From: Nemertoderma westbladi
Taxonomy: Eukaryota > Animalia > Xenacoelomorpha
Assembly (NCBI GenBank): GCA_032718475.1
Contig: JAUCBJ010007441.1
Span: forward strand, 1-43,373
DNA: 43,373 nucleotides
Direction of reading: 5' to 3'
Part shown: positions 12,264-24,963 of the stretch, piece after piece
Numbering within the stretch: position 1 is the stretch's first letter
How the letters are laid out: the number at the start of each line of letters is the position of its first letter
Translations under genes and position numbers: made by a program
The notes under the pieces: model-generated
What the model saw: only the letters and a program-made list of their open reading frames with translations
The model's database searches: none
Told to the model about the DNA's origin: nothing

Positions 12264-12730
12264 CTTATGACCCCTTGTTGTTCAATTAACCTCACTTGCT
12301 GAGAACCGCTCTTCAAAGTATACATCACGGTCACGGATTCAACATGAGAGAACAAGCACTGTTTTATTTCAATGTAAAATAAAAATAGAATTATGTTTTA
12401 TTTGTTATACAGCAAGTATATCAACGCAAATTGATATTAAGTAATTGAATATCTAAAATGTTCTGGTGATTCTATGAAACCATCTGCTTAGGAGCTAAAC
12501 TAAATTACAAAACCAACACTGCAACACAACTCGTTGTGATATGATAACGTTGTCTCACACCAAAGCGTACTTTAATACTCTATTGAATATACAGTAGATT
12601 GCAGTACTGTATTGAAACATTACGATATATAATAATAATAATATGTGGCAGTCAGACAATAAGTGATCCCTATTGTTTGTTTTTGTTTAATTTCCTCAAA
12701 CGTTTTAATTTTTAACAAAATCTTTTCCAG

Positions 12731-12970
12731 CCGACGACATTGTGATCGTATCGACACCCCCGTTCGCCGAATCTGTTTCCGAAGGCGACGTTCGGTGGGA
12801 GAAATCCGTGGGCGATTTTGTGAATGAAGATGAACAGCTGGGGGAGATTGAGACGGATAAAACAGCTTTACCGGTACCGGCACCGGTGTCGGGGTATATA
12901 GAAGCGTTCCTAGTGGAGGATGGGGAGAAAGTAACAGCTGGTCAACAGTTGGTGAGGTTAAGGGTGTCAG
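12731..12970 (+). CDS. DLST: DLST exon 3, lipoyl domain
   Basis: ttttccag| then [67 protein letters not shown], including the lipoyl-lysine motif ETDK. Donor TCAG|gttggt, phase 1. Confidence 0.93.
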
Positions 12971-15900
12971 GTTGGTTCCTAGTGGAGGATGGGGAGAAAG
13001 TAACAGCTGGTCAACAGTTGGTGAGGTTAAGGTTGTCAGGTTGGTTCCTAGTGGAGTGAGGGGAGAAAGTAACAGCTGGTCAACAGTTGGTGAGGTTAAG
13101 GGTGTCAGGTTGGTTCCTAGTGGAGGATGGGGAGAAAGTAACAGCTGGTCAACAGTTGGTGAGGTTAAGGTTGTCAGGTTGGTTCCTAGTGGAGTGAGGG
13201 GAGAAAGTAACAGCTGGTCAACAGTTGGTGAGGTTAAGGGTGTCAGGTTGGTTCCTAGTGGAGGGAGGGGAGAAAGTAACAGCTGGTCAACAGTTGGTGA
13301 GGTTAAGGTTGTCAGGTTGGTTCCTAGTGGAGGGAGGGGAGAAAGTAACAGCTGGTCAACAGTTGGAGAGGTTAAGGGTGTCAGGTTGGTTCCTAGTGGA
13401 GGATGGGGAGAAAGTAACAGCTGGTCAACAGTTGGTGAGGTTAAGGGTGTCAGGTTGGTTCCTAGTGGAGTGAGGGGAGAAAGTAACAGCTGGTCAACAG
13501 TTGGTGATGTTAAGGGTGTCAGGTTGGTTCCTAGTGGAGGGAGGGGAGAAAGTAACAGCTGGTCAACAGTTGGTGAGGTTAAGGGTGTCAGGTTGGTTCC
13601 TAGTGGAGGGAGGGGAGAAAGTAACAGCTGGTCAACAGTTGGTGTGGTTAAGGTTGTCAGGTTGGTTCCTAGTAGAGGATGGGGAGAAAGTAACAGCTGG
13701 TCAACAGTTGGTGAGGTTAAGGGTGTCAGGTTGGTTCCTAGTGGAGGATGGGGAGAAAGTAACAGCTGGTCAACAGTTGGTGAGGTTAAGGGTGTCAGGT
13801 TGGTTCCTAGGGGAGTGAGGGGAGAAAGTAACAGCTGGTCAACAGTTGGTGAGGTTAAGGTTGTCAGGTTGGTTCCTAGTGGAGGGAAGGGAGAAAGTAA
13901 CAGCTGGTCAATAGTTGGTGAGGTTAAGGTTGTCAGGTTGGTTCCTAGTGGAGTGAGGGGAGAAAGTAACAGCTGGTCAACAGTTGGTGAGGTTAAGGGT
14001 GTCAGGTTGGTTCCTAGGGGAGGGAGGGGAGAAAGTAACAGCTGGTCAACAGTTGGTGAGGTTAAGGTTGTCAGGTTGGTTCCTAGTGGAGGGAAGGGAG
14101 AAAGTAACAGCTGGTCAATAGTTGGTGAGGTTAAGGTTGTCAGGTTGGTTCCTAGTGGAGTGAGGGGAGAAAGTAACAGCTGGTCAACAGTTGGTGAGGT
14201 TAAGGTTGTCAGGTTGGTTCCTAGTGGAGTGAGGGGAGAAAGTAACAGCTGGTCAACAGTCGGTGCGGTTAAGGTTGTCAGGTTGGTTCCTAGTAGAGGG
14301 AGGGGAGAAAGTAACAGCTGGTCAACAGTCGGTGCGGTTAAGGTTGTCAGGTTGGTTCCTAGTAGAGGGAGGGGAGAAAGTAACAGCTGGTCAACAGTTG
14401 GTGAGGTTAAGGTTGTCAGGTTGGTTCCTAGTGGAGTGAGGGGAGAAAGTAACAGCTGGTCAACAGTCGGTGCGGTTAAGGTTGTCAGGTTGGTTCCTAG
14501 TAGAGGGAGGGGAGAAAGTAACAGCTGGTCAACAGTTGGTGAGGTTAAGGTTGTCAGGTTGGTTCCTAGTGGAGTGAGGGGAGAAAGTAACAGCTGGTCA
14601 ACAGTTGGTGAGGTTAAGGTTGTCAGGTTGGTTCCTAGTGGAGGGAGGGGAGAAAGTAACAGCTGGTCAACAGTTGGTGAGGTTAAGGTTGTCAGGTTGG
14701 TTCCTAGTGGAGTGAGGGGAGAAAGTAACAGCTGGTCAACAGTCGGTGCGGTTAAGGTTGTCAGGTTGGTTCCTAGTGGAGTGAGGGGAGAAAGTAACAG
14801 CTGGTCAACAGTTGGTGAGGTTAAGGTTGTCAGGTTGGTTCCTAGTGGAGTGAGGGGAGAAAGTAACAGCTGGTCAACAGTCGGTGCGGTTAAGGTTGTC
14901 AGGTTGGTTCCTAGTAGAGGGAGGGGAGAAAGTAACAGCTGGTCAACAGTTGGTGAGGTTAAGGTTGTCAGGTTGGTTCCTAGTGGAGTGAGGGGAGAAA
15001 GTAACAGCTGGTCAACAGTTGGTGAGGTTAAGGTTGTCAGGTTGGTTCCTAGTGGAGTGAGGGGAGAAAGTAACAGCTGGTCAACAGTCGGTGCGGTTAA
15101 GGTTGTCAGGTTGGTTCCTAGTAGAGGGAGGGGAGAAAGTAACAGCTGGTCAACAGTTGGTGAGGTTAAGGTTGTCAGGTTGGTTCCTAGTGGAGTGAGG
15201 GGAGAAAGTAACAGCTGGTCAACAGTTGGTGAGGTTAAGGTTGTCAGGTTGGTTCCTAGTGGAGGGAGGGGAGAAAGTAACAGCTGGTCAACAGTTGGTG
15301 AGGTTAAGGTTGTCAGGTTGGTTCCTAGTGGAGTGAGGGGAGAAAGTAACAGCTGGTCAACAGTCGGTGCGGTTAAGGTTGTCAGGTTGGTTCCTAGTGG
15401 AGGGAGGGGAGAAAGTAACAGCTGGTCAACAGTTGGTGAGGTTAAGGTTGTCAGGTTGGTTCCTAGTGGAGTGAGGGGAGAAAGTAACAGCTGGTCAACA
15501 GTTGGTGAGGTTAAGGTTGTCAGGTTGGTTCCTAGTGGAGGGAGGGGAGAAAGTAACAGCTGGTCAACAGTTGGTGAGGTTAAGGTTGTCAGGTTGGTTC
15601 CTAGTGGAGTGAGGGGAGAAAGTAACAGCTGGTCAACAGTTGGTGAGGTTAAGGGTGTCAGGTTGGTTCCTAGGGGAGGGAGGGGAGAAAGTAACAGCTG
15701 GTCAACAGTTGGTGAGGTTAAGGTTGTCAGGTTGGTTCCTAGTGGAGTGAGGGGAGAAAGTAACAGCTGGTCAACAGTTGGTGAGGTTAAGGGTGTCAGG
15801 TTGGTTCCTAGGGGAGGGAGGGGAGAAAGTAACAGCTGGTCAACAGTTGGTGAGGTTAAGGGTGTCAGGTTGGTTCCTAGGGGAGTGAGGGGAGAAAGTA

Positions 15901-17809
15901 ACAGCTGGTCAACAGTTGGTGAGGTTAAGGTTGTCAGGTTGGTTCCTAGTGGAGGGAAGGGAGAAAGTAACAGCTGGTCAATAGTTGGTGAGGTTAAGGT
16001 TGTCAGGTTGGTTCCTAGTGGAGTGAGGGGAGAAAGTAACAGCTGGTCAACAGTTGGTGAGGTTAAGGGTGTCAGGTTGGTTCCTAGGGGAGGGAGGGGA
16101 GAAAGTAACAGCTGGTCAACAGTTGGTGAGGTTAAGGTTGTCAGGTTGGTTCCTAGGGGAGGGAGGGGAGAAAGTAACAGCTGGTCAACAGTTGGTGAGG
16201 TTAAGGTTGTCAGGTTGGTTCCTAGTGGAGGGAAGGGAGAAAGTAACAGCTGGTCAATAGTTGGTGAGGTTAAGGTTGTCAGGTTGGTTCCTAGTGGAGT
16301 GAGGGGAGAAAGTAACAGCTGGTCAACAGTTGGTGAGGTTAAGGTTGTCAGGATGGTTCCTAGGGGAGGGAGGGGAGAAAGTAATAGCTGGTCAACAGTT
16401 GGTGAGGTTAAGGTTGTCAGGTTGGTTCCTAGTGGAGGGAAGGGAGAAAGTAACAGCTGGTCAACAGTTGGTGAGGTTAAGGTTGTCAGGTTGGTTCCTA
16501 GTGGAGTGAGGGGAGAAAGTAACAGCTGGTCAACAGTTGGTGAGGTTAAGGTTGTCAGGTTGGTTCCTAGTGGAGGGAGGGGAGAAAGTAACAGCTGGTC
16601 AACAGTCGGTGCGGTTAAGGGTGTCAGGTTGGTTCCTAGGGGAGGGAGGGGAGAAAGTAACAGCTGGTCAACAGTTGGTGAGGTTAAGGTTGTCAGGTTG
16701 GTTCCTAGTGGAGTGAGGGGAGAAAGTAACAGCTGGTCAACAGTTGGTGAGGTTAAGGGTGTCAGGTTGGTTCCTAGGGGAGGGAGGGGAGAAAGTAACA
16801 GCTGGTCAACAGTTGGTGAGGTTAAGGTTGTCAGGTTGGTTCCTAGGGGAAGGAGGGGAGAAAGTAACAGCTGGTCAACAGTTGGTGAGGTTAAGGGTGT
16901 CAGGTTGGTTCCTAGTGGTGGAGGGAGGGGAGAAAGTAACAGCTGGTCAACAGTTGGTGAGGTTAAGGTTGTCAGGTTGGTTCCTAGTGGAGTGAGGGGA
17001 GAAAGTAACAGCTGGTCAACAGTCGGTGCGGTTAAGGTTGTCAGGTTGGTCCCTAGTGGAGGGAGGGGAGAAAGTAACAGCTGGTCAACAGTTGGTGAGG
17101 TTAAGGTTGTCAGGTTGGTTCCTAGTGGAGTGAGGGGAGAAAGTAACAGCTGGTCAACAGTCGGTGCGGTTAAGGTTGTCAGGTTGGTTCCTAGTGGAGG
17201 GAGGGGAGAAAGTAACAGCTGGTCAACAGTTGGTGAGGTTAAGGGTGTCAGGTTGGTTCCTAGGGGAGGGAGGGGAGAAAGTAACAGCTGGTCAACAGTT
17301 GGTGAGGTTAAGGTTGTCAGGTTGGTTCCTAGTGGAGGGAGGGGAGAAAGTAACAGCTGGTCAACAGTTGGTGAGGTTAAGGTTGTCAGGTTGGTTCCTA
17401 GGGGAGGGAGGGGAGAAAGTAACAGCTGGTCAACAGTTGGTGAGGTTAAGGTTGTCAGGTTGGTTCCTAGGGGAAGGAGGGGAGAAAGTAACAGCTGGTC
17501 AACAGTTGGTGAGGTTAAGGTTGTCAGGTTGGTTCCTAGGGGAGGGAGGGGAGAAAGTAACAGCTGGTCAACAGTTGGTGAGGTTAAGGGTGTCAGGTTG
17601 GTTCCTAGGGGAGGGAGGGGAGAAAGTAACAGCTGGTCAACAGTCGGTGAGGTTAAGGGTGTCAGGTTGGTTCCCAGGGGAGGGAGGGGAGAAAGTAACA
17701 GCTGGTCAACAGTTGGTGAGGTTAAGGTTGTCAGGTTGGTTCCTAGTAGAGTGAGGGGAGAAAGTAACAGCTGGTCAACAGTTGGTGAGGTTAAGGGTGT
17801 CAGGTTGGT
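12906..17809 (+). repeat. 69-bp tandem array (71 copies) made from the end of DLST exon 3 plus its splice donor
   Basis: The unit is the last 65 nt of the exon plus gttg. First donor at 12970, last at 17803; the difference is 4833 = 70 x 69 + 3 (one 3-bp insertion near 16915). Confidence 0.97.
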
Positions 17810-18532
17810 ACATCTTACCTTAACGTACTCCTAAATGTTGAGTGGGTGAGTTCTAACTACTATATTTTTATTTCAATGTTCCAGTATGATTGCTACAGTA
17901 ACAGGCTAAGCGGCTACTGGCTACAACATCCATGAGCACGTTATGCAACGGGAACGGGGCCCGAATGCCTTACCACCATTACAATTTATGCATACTATAC
18001 TGTAGCTGTTGCTGTACCTAGGCCTACTGCGCCATTATTGATACAATTATGAATATGATGTATTAAATATGGAATATAATTCAAAACTTCTAGTTCGAAG
18101 TCACACTAATACTAGATTAGATCTATGTTTTATTTATTTTATTCTCTCACTAGAATGCCTTTAAGGCTCAATTAAAGGTTTTTTAGAATTTTTATACAGT
18201 TAATTACCATGAGATTAACGATCCTCCTGTTTTAGTCTTACACATTTTATTTCCATAATAAAACTGTAAGTTGTAAGTAACATAATATGTTATGCACAAT
18301 TTTTATAAAAAATTGTAAGCATGGAACATGGGACATAATCACTTTCGACTCATGGGTTGTAACTTATGACTTACGACTTACCAGTGGAGAAGCACCCATC
18401 TGCCCATTTGATAGCAATGTGTTCTACAATTTATTTTGGCTTATGACTCAGGAAATAATTCTTACCCAGTGAAGTACGGGCTTACGGCTCCACCAATTTT
18501 GTGGATCACCCGACAAATTAGTGTAAAAGCAT

Positions 18533-18703
18533 TAACACGTTACATTCCCTAAACACATTATATTCCCAAACACGTTACATTCCCTAACACGTTATATTCC
18601 CTAACACGTTACATTCCCTAACACGTTACATTCCCTAACACGTTATATTCCCTAACACGTTACATTCCCTAAACACATTATATTCCCTAACACGTTATAT
18701 TCC
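18533..18703. repeat. 17-bp minisatellite, about 10 copies, just 3' of FAHD1
   Basis: Unit taacacgtta(c/t)attccc. Confidence 0.9.
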
Positions 18704-18808
18704 ATCGACGTTATAATTGGGATGTTTGTTGAGTCGGTAATGTAGAAACGCTGTAATCCCAGACTGTTAAATATCTATCATAAACATTATCTACCGGTAA
18801 TGCGAATG

Positions 18809-19465
18809 TTATTCCACACTGAATCGCATTTCTGTAAGAGTTTGTTGGTTTCTCTCGTCTATAAGTTTACCGTGCAGTCTGTCTCCATGGGTTACAGGAC
18901 CCACACCTTTAGGGGTCCCCGTTAATAGAAGATCTCCCGTCTCCCATGTCATATAGTCGCTGACGTAGGATATCAGATAGTCTACGCTGAAGGTCATGTC
19001 GCTAACCGAGCCAGACTGCACTAGTTTATCGTTAACTTGCAGCTCCAACCGGAGGTCCTTAACGTTGCTAACAGCCTCCTTCGCAACGAGTCCAGACACC
19101 GGGCACGATGTATCGAAACCTTTAGCCAGTGTCCATGGGAGCCCCGACTGTTTCGCCTCAGTTTGACTCTGTCTGTCAGTCATATCCAACGCCAGACAGT
19201 AGCCCCCGATATGCAGACCCCCCTCTCCTAGCGGAATAGCAGACCCGCCTCGTCCAATAACAACCCCTAGCTCCGTCTCATAATGGATTTCCTTTCTGGC
19301 CGGTGGGAGGCGTATGCAACCTTCCGTGAGGTAGGCGGATGTCGGCTTTATGAATATTACAGGTTCCCCCGGCGACGGGTTGCCCAGTTCCTTCGCGTGT
19401 TCCGTGTAGTTCCGACCAACGCAAACTATCTTTCGCGACATTTTTACGAAATTCCGTAGCGCCAT
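18809..19465 (-). CDS. FAHD1: FAHD1-like acylpyruvase / oxaloacetate decarboxylase-tautomerase, intronless CDS, nested antisense in DLST intron 3
   Basis: FAH-family motifs KIVCVGRNYTEHAKELGN, HYETELGVVIG, GYCLALDMT, WTLAKGFDTSCP, GDLLLTGTPKGVG; complete 218 aa. Confidence 0.93.
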   Translation of the reverse strand: MALRNFVKMSRKIVCVGRNYTEHAKELGNPSPGEPVIFIKPTSAYLTEGCIRLPPARKEIHYETELGVVIGRGGSAIPLGEGGLHIGGYCLALDMTDRQSQTEAKQSGLPWTLAKGFDTSCPVSGLVAKEAVSNVKDLRLELQVNDKLVQSGSVSDMTFSVDYLISYVSDYMTWETGDLLLTGTPKGVGPVTHGDRLHGKLIDERNQQTLTEMRFSVE

Positions 19466-20260
19466 TCTCTGTGCAGTTAGATTCTTATAAAACCCAGTTT
19501 AGGAACTTAAATACTGTTCAATAACAATACCTCTTCAAAGAAATGTTTCTCCTATAGGCCTATTATACTGTATACTAACCTGCTGTACTAATAAAGCATC
19601 AACTATGTTTTGAAAAATGAATTAATAATAATTTTGAATTTCCCGCCAATTCCCCCATTCAGGAAGAACCCTATTGTTACCTATTATATTATTTCAACAC
19701 ACTTCACAGAATTGGTTTATTATTAAATGTCTAATTATAACAACAATTATAGTTATTTTAAATTAATTAATTCTACCGTTAAAGGCAAAACCAGCGGAAA
19801 CATATACGTATATTAATTAAATTGAATTGCAAATTATATGCGAAATAACTAACGTGTTGGTTTATGGGGTGTATTTGTAACTGAATCATTGGGTGGTACC
19901 GGTACCAGGTGGTAAACAGGATGGTGTCAGTGAGGAAATGGGTTTGCGGTGCAGTCCAGAGCAAGGCAAAGCACGCCTATTGAAACATAATAGTAGTTTA
20001 TGAACTGTAGTAGACTACTGCTAGTATACTTTCTACTACTAGTAGTATAAAGTGTCACTTTATATAATTATTTGCGATGTGCTATTACCGTTTATGTTAA
20101 CACACAGGTATTATATTATCACATATTGTATGGAATACAATATAACACGAATGCTAAACGATTAAGTCTTGTTTTAAATGATATGTATTCTTTAATTCGG
20201 TATTAAAAACATTAATTATTTGATAGTTTTAACTCAAATAGTTTACGTTGTTTGTTTTAG

Positions 20261-20443
20261 GTGATGCACAGCCGCCTGCCCCCCAACCTGGTACCACTTC
20301 TCCCACATCAACTCCACCCAGCAGTGTCTCCCCTAGCAGTGTCTCCCCAAGCGATGTTGCTCCCAGCAGTGTACAAACTGAACTACCTACTAGCATGCCG
20401 CCAATACCATCGGCACCAAAGGCACCTCTGTCTGTTACACCTA
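20261..20443 (+). CDS. DLST: DLST exon 4, Pro/Ser-rich linker
   Basis: tttgttttag| phase 1, GDAQPPAP...LPTSMPPIPSAPKAPLSVTP, donor A|gttagt phase 1. Both phases fit the neighbouring exons. Confidence 0.8.
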
Positions 20444-22250
20444 GTTAGTAGACTATTCGAGAAGTTGTTCTGTATTTTACTCAAGTGTGGAAATCTTGAC
20501 AAGAACGAGCAAAGCGAGTCAGTAATATATTTAAACTAGAGCCAAGAGTTACTGGCGCGAAATTACCGTAAGCACTAGGGTAGCCCAAAATAATTTTTGT
20601 AAATGCCTATGGGCTACCACCCCAAATGTGCCAAATGGTTAAAAAAATATGCTATGAAGTGTTTCAATTTGGTTAAAGTCTACTCGGTGGTCAATGCCTC
20701 TAAAGTTACCCCACTATAATCGCTATCATCAGTAAGGTCGCGGTAGGGTGTTTTACCACCAGACACACTTCTGATAGTCATATGAGGACGATTTGATTTA
20801 TAGCTTTCTAGAAGCGCAATCATTGATTTGGTGGGGGTAGGTGAGACTAAAACTGTAAAAAAGTTAATATTTCTGAGGTGCATGCCATTTTTTCTTGAAT
20901 TATTATAGCTTTACATGTTTTGCGATTGTATGTTATTGTGGAATGTACTTCATTCTCATTGTAGGTGTTTTAGGTTTTTAGTGGTTCTATCTGTATGGGA
21001 TTTATTTTGGTCTCATTGGAACATCAATGGTCGATATACTACTATCGGCATGCTGCATCCCAGCTGCATTATATATATTACATATATATTTTTAATGCTG
21101 TGCCGGCTTGTCGACAAAATTGCGCCGCCACAACTCCCTATCACCCATGACATTTGCTAGATCATCCGCATCTCCAAGGCCAGTGTCCTTTAATATGCGT
21201 CTCAAGAAAGTCATGGGCTGTCCACCATGCTTATTCACTCCATGAGGTCACCAAAGTAAAAGATTATGCACTGGCTGGTCCTCACGGCGAAATAAATGTC
21301 CTGCAAAGCGGAGGCGGCTTCGTTCAAGTGTCAAGCTAGGGGAGATTAATGGAACACCTCCAATATTGTATAGTGTCTGATTGGAGATGTGTGAGTTGTA
21401 CCTAACACAATGAATCCGGCGCAGCATTCTTGTGTGTGTGTCATCCAGAAAATTGGTATCCTCTACAGTTAGAGCCCAGCATATAAGATAAGAGATCCAT
21501 ATAAGAGTACTGGTACTACTGCTGCCATAAATAATCGACCCTTGAGGTTCCGGTTTATTCTATTAATTCAATGCTGCCTGATATAGTTGTACTACCATGG
21601 TCGATATAGTTGAACTAGAGGCTTGTTTTAAGAGGAACTTATCAGTATTTTGAAATTATGATGGCCTATATTTGATATTAAAAGCCAAGAGTTCGACCTC
21701 ATTGCATGATATAGATTGTGCTGTATCTGTGGATAATTCTCATTCGATTATTAGTTATGGATCTCATTTTGGACTCCTTGTAACCACAATGTTGTATTCA
21801 GTTGGACAATAATCATGTTTTAAGACCAAATTACAAGTACTTTTGCAATTATTGCTTATATTTCATATTACAAGTAAAGATCTTGTGCTTTTAGCGAGGC
21901 TATATATAGCAAAGTATTTTTTGAAGCACTCTCATTATAGGCTTTTTGTGGTGGTACCGGTAGGTGACTGATGGGAATTTGAAAAACGTTTTTGGGCCAC
22001 CCTAGTAAACACCAAATGTGTTTAATGAGTTTAAACAATTATTTTATTTTATTTAAAACATTTAGGGAAAGGTGCAGGTTAGGTGAGGTGTTTTCTAAAA
22101 CCAAAACATTAATAATTAAACTTTATATTACTTGTCAATTTGGACTCGCTTTTTTCACTTTCGGAAAATGTGAGCCACTATCTGAAAGTGAAATACGTTA
22201 TATGGTCGCTTTAGTAACATGGCATTTTCGCTCTGCTGTTAAAAAAAAGT

Positions 22251-22452
22251 CTATAAACTCATCTTCCCTTCCAGCTTCCTCTATAAACTCATATTCCCTT
22301 TCAGCCTCCTCTATAAACTCCTCTTCCCTTCCAGCCTCCTCTATAAACTCATCTTCCCTTCCAGTCTCCTCTATAAACTCATCTTCCCTTCCAGCCTCCT
22401 ATTCCCTTCCAGCCTCTATAAACTCATCTTCCCTTCCAGCCTCCTCTATAAA
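22251..22452 (+). repeat. 30-bp tandem array (about 6.5 copies) made from the acceptor of DLST exon 5
   Basis: Unit ctataaactcatcttcccttccagcctcct. AG ends at 22274, 22304, 22334, 22364, 22394, 22412 and 22439. Confidence 0.93.
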
Positions 22453-22623
22453 GCCCCGAGCTGCCGCTACTGGTTCCCCCACCGGTCCCTCCGTTATGAT
22501 ATCCGGTTCCCGCTCGGAGGAACGCGTTCGGATGACTCGGATACGTGTCAGGACGGCGGAACGTCTAAAAACCTCACAGAGTCTCTACGCGATGCTGACC
22601 ACATTCAACGAGGTTGACATGAC
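22440..22623 (+). CDS. DLST: DLST exon 5, start of the catalytic domain (5' boundary ambiguous, 22275-22440)
   Basis: [39 protein letters not shown] matches the E2o consensus. Donor AC|gtgagt, phase 2. Confidence 0.9.
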
Positions 22624-24204
22624 GTGAGTAGATTAGTTGTTCTAGAACGTAAGTAGTTTATCGCTATCTAGCCATGGAGATTCTGGAAGTATACAACCAG
22701 TCGCTCAGTAAACAAACCCAAAATCAAGTAATTCTCGAAACATTCTTAACTCTTCTGTGAATTTTATTTTGTTATAAAATATTAATTGCAATTATTTTCT
22801 ATTGATCATTAAAGATTGTAGTGTGAGTGAGGCGAACTCCTAAAAAGTACTAATTATTAGTATAATTTTCTTGAGTAGTTGAGTTTACGAAGGCCCAATA
22901 TTACAAAACTTCAGGTATATATATATATATACCATTTAATATACTTTTTCTCGTGTTGCTTAAACAACAAGAATTACGTAATTATGATAAACCGTTGAAG
23001 AATTATGACTGTTTGAAATTGAAAAAATCGTAAATTTAGCTTGTCCAAGCACTGCCAGCACTGCCAAATTCAACATTCGATATACTTACAAATTCCATAA
23101 AGCCCTATAAACCCGATATATCATTTTGAAGCTGAGAATTTGATTACCTCCAATGTAATTTCGTTTCTTAATAATAACCCAAACTCTTATGGTAGCGGAG
23201 TAAAAAGAAAATGTCCAGTTCGTAACACGTAATGGTCCACCGTTGTAATGCTATACAAATGATTGGAACTTTCTTATAAGTAGCGTAGATCGCTTGGTTT
23301 TCGTATCATCTGAATCGTTGATTAATATTGACTTGATAATTACTATGTCAACCTCACCAGTTCATTTGAAATGTAACCAAACAATTGGTGTCCACCATGC
23401 AGTAATGCGTCCACCATTACTGAATGGCATTACAGCATGTGGACTGTCCCACATGTAATGGTATCATATATAAATTTTGCATTACCGCACAGGACAGTCC
23501 CCTTGCCGTAATAGTATGTTTGATACCAATAATTAGCTTAAAGCTATCCCGGTATAGAGGGATTGAGCAGTTCAGGTAACCCATAGCATATAGAGCATCT
23601 CTTCTGCATCGAGTAGCCCAGGCCCGTAATGGCCGCATCATCCAATCTACAATAACTCTAGCATCATCAATAACTATATGTACCTACAAGCATTTAGCTA
23701 CACGGGCCCACTGATTGTTAATGGGATGGTAGAACATTCTCATTCTCTGGTTTTAAAATTAGAGAATTGTTTCTTTCTTCCAAATGTTGGCATTTTTTTG
23801 CCGACTTTTTTCTCGGCCTTTGCAGATCCTCAAGTCACAACAACTGAACTGATTCAGATCAGAAATAATTAATTTGAAACCATTGCGGATTGCGAAACTG
23901 TACGGTTATGGGGCGCTGACTAGTGATCTCAAGCTGTCAGGTAGCTGGTACAGTAACAGTAGTACATTAGTAGGCTGCCACCTTATCGCAATTTGCAAGT
24001 AGGTACCGAAGTACCTTTACCGTCCTAGTTGGCCCTACAACAGGACCTGTGTATTATTACTATTTCCTAGTAAATTGTCGTGCCCTACACCCTACCGGTA
24101 GAACACCATCTCACTGGCAAACTGGCCTGTTAAATTTAATTGTTATTTATAAAAATAATCACAGATTTACTTCAAAGTTTAATTCATATAAAACGAACAT
24201 ATTA

Positions 24205-24963
24205 ATGGCTGCTTATCGTGTTGTTACTGAGTCCATGGTCGAACTCAACATAACAAACAACCTAACCGAACTGGTATCACAGCGGCGGTTTCCTAAGGAC
24301 CTCACGATAGCGGAATTCAAACAGAAACTCGAGCTAATAACGGGATGCGGCGCCAGCACTGTGCAACTACAATGCTTCACGGACGACAACAAGTTGGTGT
24401 GTTTGCTGGAGGACGATAGTAAACCCATTGGGTTCTACCCGGTGGACAGTGGGATGCGAGTACATGTAACTGACGCGGTGGGGAGGGGGGATCTGTTCGC
24501 GGATGAGACGGTCGTTAAATACGAGATATCCGACGCGGATTACTACGCGAGGGACGAAAGCGTGGATAAATACCTCCGGGATAATAAACTAGGGAAATAT
24601 AAAGAGTTAACGGAGGAGGAGAAACTAGCTAAAGAGGAGGAGAATAGAAGAGCGCAAGAGGAGTACGAACGTAAGCTAGCGAGTATAGAGGTAGGGAGTA
24701 GATGCGAGGTAAGGGTTGCTAAGCAGCCGAGTAGACGCGGAGTGGTCGCCTACAAGGGTCTAATCTCCCCGACTAATGACCCCTCGGTTGTGGAGACCCG
24801 TATAGGGGTGTCGCTTGACGAGCCGTTGGGTAAGAACGATGGGTCCCTAAACGGGAGACGGTACTTCACCTGTCAACTCAAGTACGGGTGTTTCGTACGA
24901 CCGTATCAGGTTGAGGTGGGGGACTTCCCGGAGTTGTTAGACGACGAACTCGATGAGATATAA
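24205..24963 (+). CDS. TBCB: Tubulin-folding cofactor B, intronless CDS, 252 aa, nested same-strand in DLST intron 5
   Basis: Ubiquitin-like N-terminus (RRFPKDLTIAEFKQKLELITG), coiled coil, CAP-Gly with GVSLDEPLGKNDGS...YFTC..KYG.FV.P, and C-terminal DEI. First ATG at 24205; AATAAA at 25253. Confidence 0.94.
   Translation: MAAYRVVTESMVELNITNNLTELVSQRRFPKDLTIAEFKQKLELITGCGASTVQLQCFTDDNKLVCLLEDDSKPIGFYPVDSGMRVHVTDAVGRGDLFADETVVKYEISDADYYARDESVDKYLRDNKLGKYKELTEEEKLAKEEENRRAQEEYERKLASIEVGSRCEVRVAKQPSRRGVVAYKGLISPTNDPSVVETRIGVSLDEPLGKNDGSLNGRRYFTCQLKYGCFVRPYQVEVGDFPELLDDELDEI

Noticed and set aside
12972-17834. 1620-aa ORF of 23-aa repeats
   Set aside because: An off-frame translation of the 69-bp array. 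It starts at TTG inside the donor and stays open only because the unit is a multiple of 3 with no stop in that frame.
24049-24204. N-terminal extension of TBCB in the ORF track
   Set aside because: Begins at GTG in AT-rich sequence; the first ATG (24205) gives the normal family length.
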